From NCBI GenBank assembly GCA_951406725.2, contig OX597829.1:34534001-34598000 (forward strand): 64,000 nt of DNA. The letters are read 5' to 3'. The notes beneath the pieces are model-generated. The model was not told the origin of the DNA. It saw only the letters and a program-made list of their open reading frames with translations, and ran no database searches. Position numbers and translations under genes: made by a program. Shown piece by piece: positions 15,056 to 28,929 of the stretch. The first letter of the stretch is position 1. Every line of letters begins with the position of its first letter. Origin of the DNA: Octopus vulgaris. Its lineage: Eukaryota.

Positions 15056-17053
15056 AACTTAGAATAACTTAGAAAGGTTTTTGGCCAGTATTGGCCCAGG
15101 CCATGTCTAACTTAATAGCACCACCTGGCGAAGTCTTTCAGTTCAGGATTTGGGCACCAAGGCCCATTCGAGCAGAGAGTTATTGTTTGCGGAGACATAT
15201 CCGGGTGTGGATGGTTTGTCCGGTACTGTTTGAAGGAATTTGTCCAAAGACTTCTTGAATTTTGTGTGGTCAGTTTCTTTTTTGACGTGTCCTGGTGTAA
15301 TGTTGAAGAGAGCGGGTCCAATTGAGGTGAAATAGTTGTGCCGTATTGTCGTTATGTGATGCGATTTAGATTTTTGTTGTGGACGGATGGCACGTGGTCC
15401 AAGCCTTGGATGCATTTTGAAGGTGATGCCAACATCATTCGGACAGTGCTGATGGAATATTTTCCACATCATACAGATAATGTAGCGTTCACGGCGTCGT
15501 TGGAGTGAATACAATTTCAGCTTCTCTAGTCTACCCCAGTAGTCAAGGTCTGACATGCCATCTATCTTTTTTGTGATTGACCTTTGGGGAGCTTCAATTC
15601 TCATAATATTTTGTTTTGTGTAGGGAGACCACAGTGGACAGCAGTATTCAAGGTGGGGTCGGGCAAAAGTGGAGAAGAGAAGGATAATAGCGTGGGAATC
15701 TCTCGACTGGAAGGTTCTGAGAATCCAGGAACACATTCTGCGGGCCATGTCAACTTTGCTGCTTATATGTGTAGCCCAGCTTATGTTGTTGTCCACTGTT
15801 ACTCCCAGGTCTCTGATGTTGTTGGATGCCATGAGAATTTCTCCAGAAGGAAGAGAGTATGGGAGTTTCAGAGCGTCCTCCCTTCCAAAGTGGATCAGTT
15901 CGAATTTGTCTTCATTTAGCAACATGTTATTCTTTTCCGCCCATTGGACAACAGCCAGTAGGTCTGACTGAAGGTTTATTCGGTCATCCACGCCATTGAT
16001 GACCTTCTGGAGCTTGGAATCATCAGCGAAGGTTCTGATGTTGCTGTGTTTGATGGTGTCAGTAATATCATTTATGTAGATGATGAAGAGAAGTGGGCCC
16101 AACACAGTGCCTTGTGGGACACCACTGCTGACTTTGGCTGGGCTGGATTTGACTCCTTCGACTACAACATGTTGGGTTCTGTTAGAGAGGAAGCACTTGA
16201 TCCATTGCAGCAGCTTTCCAGTGACACCAATATTGGACAGCTTTCTCAGAAGGATCTTATGATCAACCCTGTCAAAGGCCTTGCTGAAATCAAGGTAGAT
16301 GACATCAGTGTTGGAACCCTCTCCCAAGGCTCTCAAAATGTCATCAAAATGATGCAGTAGCTGCGTCAGGCAATCTCTCCCATTACGGAATCCATGCTGG
16401 TTGGGGTTCAGCATATTATGACTCTCAAGGAAGTGAGTCATACGCGATCTCAGCACCCTCTCAAATACCTTGATGATATGAGAGGTGAGTGAGATTGGAC
16501 GGTAATTCACGGCAAGCGATTTGTTTCCTTTTTGAAAACTGGGACAACAGACTGGGATAGAAGGTCTTCTGGTATATATCCAGCATCCAATGAGTTCCGC
16601 CACAGATTGGCTAGAGGGGGTGCAAGTTGGTTTTGACACATCTTCAAGACACAAGCAGGGAACCTATCGGGACCTACTGCTGAATTATGCTTCATTTCCT
16701 TTATTGCTGCTAAGACATCAGGAGCGCCAAATGTTATGTCCGATAAAGTGTATTGGGGAGTAACATCACTGATACAGCCCAGATCAGTCATATCAGGATT
16801 GCTGAAAACAGAGCAATATTGTTTCTGCAATATTTCTCCCATGGTTTTGGCATTGTCTTGAAGAATACCATTTTCATCAATCAGAGGGCCAACAGTAGAA
16901 CCAGTGACTCTGTGTTTTTTTGCAAATGAAAAGAACACTTTGGGATTGAGTTTGATCTTCTCAATGGCCCAGGCCTCTTCAGCTCTTCGCTGGCTATTGA
17001 TGATAGACATCATGTTGTTTTGGATCATATATGTATTGATGATAGACATCATG
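15056..17053 (-). mobile_element. 5'-truncated non-LTR retrotransposon (CR1/L2-like) with near-intact reverse transcriptase
   Basis: NYRPISLTS, QHGFR, YLDFSKAFDRVDH, SGVPQGTVLGPLLF, FADD, RDLGV and RPHLEYC motifs. One frameshift near 16525 (VVPVFK/KGNKS). Short repeated tail (TTCTAAGTTA on the minus strand). Clade assignment is tentative. Confidence 0.92.
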
Positions 17054-19247
<2,194 letters not shown>

Positions 19248-19256
19248 TACCCTGTA

Positions 19257-19363
19257 ATTTCTTATACGATATACCGTTTCATCTGCTGATTAATGGTAAA
19301 CTAACCTGATTAAATTAAATCAAGCCAATCTTCCAAAGGCCCTCAGATTCTTCAGTAAGAAAT
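19257..19363 (-). ncRNA. Type I hammerhead ribozyme (copy 1)
   Basis: Reverse complement of 19923-20029. Confidence 0.85.
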
Positions 19364-19922
19364 AGCCCAAGTCGGAACAGATATTTTCACGAGGCATTTC
19401 CGACCTTGCCAAGGTTATATCTGACCTAAAATTTTCAAATCGTCGCACTCGCGCCAAATTTATCGGCAGCAAATAAATATAAGCCGTGGATTCCATTACG
19501 GAATTAACCAGAAAATTCATAATTAATCAATATACGGTGGCAAAAAAAAATTTTGTAGAATTCTTTTGCCACCAGCGGCCTAGTGGGAAAAAATTAAATA
19601 GTCATAGACCATTTTTAAGTTCAACATCAACAATCAAGGAACGGCCATAATAGGCCATTCACCCACTAGAAATAACAGCCAAAGCTTCAACCGCAAATAA
19701 AAATTAATTCCGTAAACCAGGAGAAAATTTAAAAAACATTTACCCTGTAAATGTATTGATTAATTATGAATTTTCTGGTTAATTCCGTAATGGAATCGAC
19801 GGCTTATATTTATTTGCTGCCGATAAATTTGGCGCGAGTGCGACGATTTGAAAATTTTAGGTCAGATATAACCTTGGCAAGGTCGGAAATGCCTCGTGAA
19901 AATATCTGTTCCGACTTGGGCT

Positions 19923-20029
19923 ATTTCTTACTGAAGAATCTGAGGGCCTTTGGAAGATTGGCTTGATTTAATTTAATCAGGTTAGTTTACCATTAATCAG
20001 CAGATGAAACGGTATATCGTATAAGAAAT
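19923..20029 (+). ncRNA. Type I hammerhead ribozyme (copy 2)
   Basis: Stem I AUUUCUUA/UAAGAAAU (8 bp), core CUGAAGA (19931-19937), stem II AUCUG/CAGAU enclosing 58 nt, GAAA (20006-20009), palindromic stem III ACGGUA/UAUCGU, triplet GUA. Predicted cleavage after 20021. Confidence 0.88.
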
Positions 20030-20414
20030 TACAGGGTAAATGTTTTTTAAATTTTCTCCTGGTTTACGGAATTAATTTTTATTTGCGGTTGAAGCTTTGG
20101 CTGTTATTTCTAGTGGGTGAATGGCCTATTATGGCCGTTCCTTGATTGTTGATGTTGAACTTAAAAATGGTCTATGACTATTTAATTTTTTCCCACTAGG
20201 CCGCTGGTGGCAAAAGAATTCTACAAAATTTTTTTTGCCACCCTATATTGATTAATTATGAATTTTCTGGTTAATTCCGTAATGGAATCGATGGCTTATA
20301 TTTATTTGCTGCCGATAAATTTGGCGCGAGTGCGACGATTTGAAAATTTTAGGTCAGATATAACCTTGGCAAGGTCGGAAATGCCTCGTGAAAATATCTG
20401 TTCCGACTTGGGCT

Positions 20415-20521
20415 ATTTCTTACTGAAGAATCTGAGGGCCTTTGGAAGATTGGCTTGATTTAATTTAATCAGGTTAGTTTACCATTAATCAACAGATGAA
20501 ACGGTATATCGTATAAGAAAT
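20415..20521 (+). ncRNA. Type I hammerhead ribozyme (copy 3)
   Basis: Same as copy 2, shifted by 492 bp. Predicted cleavage after 20513. Confidence 0.88.
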
Positions 20522-20761
20522 TACAGGGTAAATGTTTTTTAAATTTTCTCCTGGTTTACGGAATTAATTTTTATTTGTGGTTGAAGCTTTGGCTGTTATT
20601 TCTAGTGGGTGAATGGCCTATTATGGCCGTTCCTTGATTGTTGATATATATATATATATATATACCGGAGTAAACACATAAATGTGAAACAAGGTGGAAA
20701 AAAAGAGTACTCAAATACCAGTGGTAGAGTAATATGCTTTATTTAAAGCCGCAGAAAATTC

Positions 20762-20815
20762 AACAAAATCTGTTACTCTGAGTTTCTCGTTGCCGTTCAT
20801 CAGACAGTTTTTGTT
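20762..20815 (-). ncRNA. Minimal type I hammerhead ribozyme in a separate repeat fragment (about 20664-20820)
   Basis: Minus strand: AACAAAAACUGU-CUGAUGA-ACG(GCAA)CGA-GAAA-CUC(A)GAG-UA-ACAGAUUUUGUU. Stem I pairs at 11 of 12 positions; the base of stem II is an A.A mismatch. Confidence 0.75.
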
Positions 20816-21666
20816 AGAATGGAACCGATATATCAATTCAATCCAGACTCTTAAAAACGCTACACCTTTAAAAAATGGACTTGTTTGATTGGCCCTTTAG
20901 CAATAACGCTCAATCTTCGAGCGATAAACAAAAAATGAGCTCAAAAATATATATGTATATATATATATAAAAAAATTATAAAAATCGAGGAAAAACCTTA
21001 CATTGAATAAAATACATATTGACGTTAATGAAGGAAATATAATTAATACATGGAAATTAAAATGCATTATAAATATTACACTGCAATACATATTCATATT
21101 AAAGTGTACATATATATATCAACAAACACAGAAGGATGCGTGCAAACGCCATACATATACAGACGTATAAATATAAATCTAAAATATACACATAAATGCA
21201 TGCATACATATGTATACGCAATCTATCTCGCACGCAAGTTAAAATCATGGATGCTAATGTAGCGTTCCTTATTTACGGAGCAAAGCTTAAGACATAAGTA
21301 AGTGAGGGGGATGTAAAGTTGTATGCACCAGTATCATATAGTTAGAGAAAAAAACGAAAGAAAGGAAGAGAGAGAAAAAGGAACGAAGAAGAGGGAAGGA
21401 AAAAAAGAAAAAGGAGGGGTGGGGAAAAAACGAAATAAGAAAAATTTATGTATTTATGTGTATATATATATGTATGTATATTTATGTATATATATATATA
21501 TGTATGTATATTTATGTATATATATATATGTATGTATATTTATGTGTATATATATATATGTGTGTATATATATATATGTACATATATGTATGTGTATATA
21601 TATGTATATATATGTGTATATATGTATATGTATATATCTGTATATATATGTATATGTATATATATA

Positions 21667-22460
21667 TGAATGACACCCTATTGCAGACTACCTTGTTGAC
21701 AAATGACAGGGACCTTTTCTTTGTGGCAGGTGACTTCAATGGACATGTTGGACGGCATGGCGTTCATGGAGGCTACGGTTTTGGTTCTCGCAATGAGGAG
21801 GGAACCAGGCTGCTGGAGTTCTGCGATGCAAATGACCTTATGGTTTGCAATACTAACTTCAGGAAACCCACCTCTCAACTAATCACCAACCGTTCTGGCA
21901 GACACACTAGCCAGATTGACTACATCATCGCCAGAAAGAGGGAAAGAGGGCTGCTTATAAATGCCAAAACCTTCCCAGGTGAAAAATGTACTCCTCAACA
22001 TAGATTAGTACTTAGCGACTTCAGGATCAGGGCTAAATGGTTGCCCAGAAGAAGACCAGCTTGGAGGAGAAGGGTCTGGAAGCTTAAAGATCCTGCAAAT
22101 GGACAGAGATTTAGTGACGTACTACTCGAAGTCTTCGATGAAAAAGAAGGGGATATAGCTTCACTTAATGTGGAAGGAAACTGGAGGTTTCTACGGGACA
22201 ATCTGCTGACAGCCACTGACCATCTGTGGATGGAGCAAAGTCCCATCTCGACCCAGAGTAATGTGGTGGTGGTGGAACAATGTGGTTGATAGGGCTATTA
22301 AACAAAAGAAACAGACTTGGAGGGACTGGAGAATGGAGGTAGCAGGGAATTGTATCAGACTGACAGAAGGGAAGTTAGGAGACAAGTTTATTTAGCCAGA
22401 GAGGAAGCAGATAAGAAAAAATTTGCCAATGTTCTGCACCGTGAGGACCAAAGACTTGAA
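21667..22460 (+). mobile_element. RTE LINE fragment, APE endonuclease region
   Basis: [38 protein letters not shown] and QHRLV motifs; frameshifted downstream. An older inverted related fragment lies at about 22530-22820. Confidence 0.88.
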
Positions 22461-24546
22461 ACACCTCAAGTATCTGATTTTCAAGTTGTAGGACATTGGC
22501 AAATCGCTTCATTTTTCTTTCGGCCTTAGCTAGATAAACCTGATGTCTAGCTTTCCTTTTAGCTTTCTGATATGATTCTTTGCTACTCTCACTTTTCCAT
22601 TCTTTCTGGGCCTGTCCTCTTTTATGGTCCTGTCAACGTCACTGTTCCACCACTATATCACCCTTGATCTAGCAGAAGCTTTGCTCCAACCACAGGTTTG
22701 GTATATTGCTCTCAGTAGATTGTCCCGTAGGAACTTCCAGTTGTCCTCTATGTCATGTGTCTCTATCTCTTCTTCCTTCTCATCAAAGGCTTCATTAAGA
22801 ACATCTCTAAATCTCTGCCTGCCTGAATTACATTATGTCATGTCAAGGAGTTTACATATCTACAGTATCATTTTCAGTTAATTTTTTTCAATGTCCCTGT
22901 CTCTGTATCTTTCTCTTCATCTCTCTCTCTCTTCCTCTCTCCCTCTCTCTCTCTCTCTCTGTTTGCCAAGAATGCCATTACACGACCAGTTTTACTTTTA
23001 AATTGACCATTAGTAATATACTTAGATTTTATCATTTGTAAATTAATAATTATATTTTCTCAAAATTTGTTCTTAACTAAATCTTGTTTCTCCTTATGCA
23101 TTTTGTGGATGAAGCAAACTAACATGAACATTTTGACAATTTATGATTAAAAAAAAATGAGTTTTTATATTTTGTATACATGCAAGTACAATACTTAACA
23201 TGGTACATACATTTTCACTTCCCTTTAGTACTGAAGATATTTCTTGCAGAAGGTGTTGCGGTTTAAGATTGCAGCAGTTCTACCTTTATGGAAGCTTGCT
23301 TATTCTTCAGTTATATTTTCTGCTTGTGGTCTCAGTCTTTTCAAGCTGACTCTGAGCATCACCTTGCTTGTGTGGTTAATCTTATTGGGGTACAATAATT
23401 CTGACAGAGATGAAGATTAATTTCCTTGGGAAATACTACAATAAGCAGTGGAATATAAGGCATTGGCTGTTCAAAAGTTTGCCAGATCTTGTTGCAGATA
23501 GCTATTAGTTTTGTCTTTTAAGACCTCTCAGTATTGATGAAAAAAATTAGAGTGGTGAAGAATTAGTAGTGGACAGAGGAAAAGATTGAAGGGAAACATC
23601 AAGGAATAGTCAGGCAAATTTGTGATCTGACATGCAGTTGTGACAGAGAGGTGTTCATGCTTCTATTATTACATACTGATATTTGGTTGGTATCTTTATG
23701 ATTCCATTAAGAGTTCTTTGTCATTTGTATTTAACCTCTGAAATGTCATATGTTGGTGCAATATGTTTCTGCTAAGAATGACAAGTTCCAATTTCACTGA
23801 TAAATACATTTCCATTGTTATTTCCTGATAGAATTTTCACCATGTTCACAGCCATATCTTCAGAATTGTTTAGGCTACAGTTGGTTGTCTATGAATTTGT
23901 TTACCATTTACTGAAAAGCATTCTATACGAGCTTGTAAATATATGGGGTCAACAAAAACGTTGGGAAATATTTGGTGTATCCCCATTACAATTGTTTTTG
24001 CTCTGATTTGGGAGATATATGAGGAATAGAAGAGGATAAGTGAAGATTGTCAAGTTCATTTTCCCTTCACATTCTTTCTCGGTTGGAAATACATAGGAAA
24101 AATAGTAGTCATGGATATAATGACACTTTTCGTACTACAAAAAGCAGGCGTAGTTTTAAAATTCAAGTACTGACAAATGCATGTGTGTATATATGTATAT
24201 AGCTGAATAGTTCTTGCCTCAGTCTTCCAGTCTTTAATCCAAAATAATGTCATGGGCCTTCTTCAACATAGATTATGTTTTTGTAATGCAGTTCTCCATA
24301 AATATGACCTTGTTTCATACATTCAAAATTTTAAAGACCATTTTCAAAATTGGTAACACAGAATTATTAAGATATGCAATTTTTATGAGAATAGTAAGTG
24401 ACAAGACTTACTTGTTGAAGTTTTCTACTAGCAGAAAATGTGAAAAAAATATCAGTACTGAATTTCATTTAAAATGTTTTTTTTTTTATTTTTGATGTTG
24501 ATTTCTTAAAAAATTATAACGATTTCTTAATTTTATTTCCATAAAG

Positions 24547-24670
24547 CTATTCTCTGGATTTTTTGATACTCTAACTGGCAGTAAAGTGGAGAGTGAGAGT
24601 TACAAGAAAATAGTTGAAGAAGTAAATGTAAAAGCTGATGAAATTATGTTCCTTACAGATAATCCTAAAG
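24547..24670 (+). CDS. ENOPH1: Enolase-phosphatase E1, penultimate coding exon
   Basis: Translates LFSGFFDTLTGSKVESESYKKIVEEVNVKADEIMFLTDNPK (FDT..G.KVESESY and FLTD motifs). Ends AAG|gcaagt, a GC donor. Confidence 0.93.
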
Positions 24671-26035
24671 GCAAGTTTATATTTTATGTTTATTCTTTTT
24701 CTAATCTTTCACAGTAGGATGATTTTTTACTATTTTAGACAATAGCATATATGAGCAAGCATTTTTATAATACTGTAGGACATGGTGCTTGTAGACAAAC
24801 AGGCTGACTTTAGCATATGGAGTTATATTTCTTATCTTAGAGCTATAAATAGGACGAGCAAAACACTAGAAAAATCAAGGCTCTTAGGGTTTTAAGATGC
24901 ACATCACCTTTGCCAAATTAACTTTGTATTTATCAGGAAATAAAGCAGGCTCGGAATGTGAATAATAGATTCTCCCTTGTTGAGGAATATATCAATGCAC
25001 ACCTCAGAATAGGACTGTAGTTTGTAACTTCAGGTTGAAGGCAAAGAAAATTGGGAAACAAATGACAAATGAAAGAAAGATATGAGTTCTAAGAGATTTT
25101 ACTGTTACACTAAATTTCCATTTCATATTATATGTTCTCAACTTCATAGAGGTAGAGAACAAAGGGATTTTCTGTATGATATTGATAGTATTCACATGGA
25201 TAGAGCAATTCCATGCCAGGAGCAGATGATGATGATGAAGTAGAGCTAAAAGACCTAAGTGGTAGGCCTGGAAAGAGGAGAGTTGTAGGGGGCTAGGCTG
25301 GAAGAGCAATGATCAGTTTATCAAGATAGGATAGAAGCTAAGAGTAAATTTACAGGCAACAAAACAGTAAAATAGTATTGGGGATAAGGTTATAGTGACT
25401 GATGTGTAAAGGGTGACAAGAAGCGATATCAGGAATGACTAAATAAGAAGCTAAGTTTAGGTGGTTGATTGATGTTCTAAATAGTATAAGGATCATGTAG
25501 TATTTTCAATTGCAGATTATGTGTTTGTATGAAGTGGTAAGAAACATATGTGGTGAATAGAGGTTTTATGATATGAACTTGTCGAATAAGAAATAGAAGA
25601 GATAATGTAAGAACCTATATTTTGGGGAACCAATAGAGAGGTCACCTCAGACATGATTAATAAGACAACAAAGTAACTGAAATCAAAGGAAGTTATAGGT
25701 TACCTTGCTATAGCTGCTAAAATAATCTAAGCATATTATTGTGAGATATAAACAGTAGATGCAGATTTGCTGAAACTGGATACAATAGAATATGGTGAGT
25801 ATGAGGCAGTTGATGAATAATGTTAACCTGCATAAAAAATAACGCTAGTGATATGTGAAAGCTGCTGGACGTTCTCAGCATCGTCCAAAGTGTACTAGTA
25901 AGAAGACTATACTTTGTGATGGAAAGCATATGTTAAAAAATTACTTTAACTTATTATTGGAAATGTTAAACGTAGTGCCATTCTTGTGATGCTTTGTCAT
26001 AGTAATCCTTAATATGTTTTGCTTCTATTCAACAG

Positions 26036-26217
26036 AAGTTGCAGCTGCAACATCTGCTGGTGTCAAGTGTCGTATTGTTATCCGAGATGGAAACGAAGCA
26101 CTATCTGAAGATGATCTCAGTAAATTCTGTACAATTCATAGTTTCACCGAACTTATAAAAAAAGAAGAATCAGAACCCTCAGTTTCTAAAAAGAAGAACT
26201 TAAAAACTGAGAAATAA
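26036..26217 (+). CDS. ENOPH1: Enolase-phosphatase E1, last coding exon
   Basis: caacag acceptor. Translates (E)VAAATSAGVKCRIVIRDGNEALSEDDLSKFCTIHSFTELIKKEESEPSVSKKKNLKTEK*. AATAAA follows at about 26420. Confidence 0.92.
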
Positions 26218-28329
26218 AACAAATTTCTACAGGTTTTTTTAAAAAATTTCATTATGTAAACTGATTTTCAGAAAGAAATTCATTTTTGTTGTAAAGTATA
26301 TATAGTAGATTAGGGATCAGTCATTCAAACTCACCTTCTATCATTATAATTTTGTATTTTTTGTAAGTTACTCAGATACCAGACTATATCTGAGTTAATG
26401 AAAGCAAGCTTATTTTTAAAATAAAAATCAACTTTTTCTTTATATTTTATTATTGCAGTCTCTACTTATTATTACTGGTGTGACATATGGGACAGATCTG
26501 GCTTTCAACTGTATCCATTTTGAAGATTGCCCTGCTGCCTTCTTTTAACTGGGAAGAGCATGCAATTTTTATATGCTTGGTGGCCATGGCAAAAGAGGTT
26601 GTATGGTGGTTGTGATTAAAGAGGCTGAAGACAAATACTTTTCCTTCATCAACTTCAAGTTTCACTTGAAAGGTAAAGTAAATGGAGAGAGGGAAATGTT
26701 ACCTTCTAACAATTTTGTTGAAAGATGGGTGAGAGTAGTAAACATGGTACAAGTGAATGGGCCTGCCCTGAGCATACACCTGTAAACTGGAGATAAGGAA
26801 CTGAGAAAAGGCACCTGCCCCAGAAGTCAGGACATTTGTGGTTTTATGGGGGTTTTCGATGAGCAGTCCTTAAGTATCTCTTCTCTATTGAGGAATTCTC
26901 ATTGTTTAAACTAATTATTTCCTTTTTCATTTTTTTTTTTTTTTTTTAAACCTGTTTACATGATTTTTACCAAGTGGTCAGCATGGAAATAAAACCCTCA
27001 GACCAACACATACACACCCACCCAATATTTTGTCTGTTTTGTCCTGTGCTGTCCTTAATGTTTTTCTTACATTCAGAATCTTCCTTAGGATTCATACAGA
27101 ATATGGGATGGTACTTTTCTGCAGATCTATAGTGTGATTCTTAATTCCAATATCTTTCAGTCTTTTAAATTGCATTTCGGGTATTCTGCTGAGTGCACCA
27201 ATTACCTCAAGAATAATTGTCTTACTCTACTGCAGTCTCTTCAGCTTTCTGGCTAGATCCTGATATTTCTCAATTTTTTTCAATTTCTTTGGTATCAGCT
27301 CTGCTCATCATTATCATCATCATCATCATCACCTATTTTCCATGCTGGCATGGTTTGGACAGTTTGACAGCAGTTGCTCATCATTATCATCATCATCATC
27401 GTCATCATACATCTGTTTCCCATGCTGGACAGTTTGACTGCAGTTGATAAGGCTGGGAGCTGCATCAGGCTCCATTGTCTGTTTTGACATGGTTTCAATA
27501 TCTAATGCCAACCATTTTACAGAGTGTACTGGTTGCTTTGTACATGGCACTAGCAGCAGTGCACCAGCACTGACAGTCACAAAGTACCTTGCAGGACAAA
27601 AACTCCTTAGCTGGGATTGTGGATTTGTGTCAGTTGAGAGATTAAATGTATAGAAAGATAGATTTAGGTGTCTCTCTCTAGTGTAGATACATGGGTCTCC
27701 CAGTTGGAAAAGAAAGGAGAGCAAGTTAAAGAGTTGGATAAAGAAAGCAATAGTAAAAGAGATGATAGCATAGACATGCATGCAAGGGATATTGAGGGTG
27801 ATGAGACTAGATGAGGTGACACAGAGGTTTGGACTGGGTGGGTGGATGGGGAGGACAGAGGTGACAGTAGCAAATGATGGAGAGAAATATAGGTGAGGCT
27901 GGGGGGGGGGGAAGTTTGCAGTACATATGTGAGGGTATTGTAGGTAATAGCAGGTAAGTGAGGTATTGATAATGGAGAAGAGAAGGTGCAGAAAGGAAGT
28001 GATTAGTGGAGACAGTACACAGTGGAAGATAATGAGAAATGGAAGTGGTTTGGTGTGGGGGAAAAGAGGTCACTGAGAAAACCAGTGAAGGAATGTAGTA
28101 CGTGCCTTTTCTGATCTCAGGTGATAAAGATATGATGGGTATTAGAGGATGAAATGCGGTGGGGAAAGGTTGACAGGGGAGAGAGGATGGAGGTGGGGAT
28201 GGGGAAGAGCCCTTTATGGACAAGCATTACCAAGATGGTTTTAGGATATCCGTTCTGCTATGGTGGGCATGTCTTCTTGAGTAAAACAAGGTGCCAGATA
28301 TCTCAATCCTTTCTCATTTCCTTTGTAAG

Positions 28330-28860
28330 ACTTAGCATTTGGAGATTGACCTTCAATAGTTCATCCCAGGTCTCCCTCATCCACAAGTACCATCCACTTT
28401 GAGTGATTGGCACTTCTTTATGCAACTATCCTCATCCATGCATATCACATGACCAAACCAGCACAGTCCTCTCTCTTGTACATGGCATCTAATTCCTCTT
28501 ATGCCTAACTTTTCTCTCAATACATTAACACTTTGTCATACATACCATTGACATTGCAGTTTGTACACATGCATCATACAATCTTCCTTTCACTTAGACA
28601 AAGAGACCTTTGGTTGCCAACAGAGGTAGTAGCTCTCTGAACTTCCTCCATCCTATTCTTATTCTAACAATTACTCTTTTGGTACATACTTCTCCACGAC
28701 TAATTAGGGACCTAGGTAACAGAAATTATCCACTGTCTCTACAGAACCTGCAGGACATTTGAGAAAAGCAATTTCCTGTGTATTTGTAGACTGTCTCTTG
28801 TACATCTTCCACATATAAACACTACTTTCTATTAACCTTCCTATTATTTCACTGCACCTC
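28330..28860 (-). mobile_element. Older degenerate RTE fragment
   Basis: Similar to parts of 28930-29620 (e.g. CACATGACCAAACCAGC = RWFGHV; AGCTCTCTGAACTT). Confidence 0.6.
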
Positions 28861-28929
28861 TGTTATCATAGGAAATTGTAAAGTCTATGATCTTACACTG
28901 TCTATTTTGTCCTCTGTTATATTTGGTCT

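Larger units (their letters stand above)
19248..20645. mobile_element. 492-bp hammerhead-containing repeat: one inverted plus about 1.8 tandem copies (retrozyme / Penelope pseudo-LTR-like)
   Basis: Minus-strand unit at 19248-19750 and plus-strand units at 19754-20645 with period 492 (ORF copies at 19766 and 20258). Only a few substitutions separate the copies. Flanked by TA tracts. Confidence 0.85.

Noticed and set aside
19766-19966. 66-aa ORF repeated three times (MNFLVNSVMES...)
   Set aside because: Identity simply reflects recent duplication of the 492-bp unit. It has no recognisable domain and overlaps the ribozyme, so there is no evidence of coding function.
23230-24360. Faint LINE-like remnants in the ENOPH1 intron
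   Set aside because: Too decayed to assign boundaries or family by eye.
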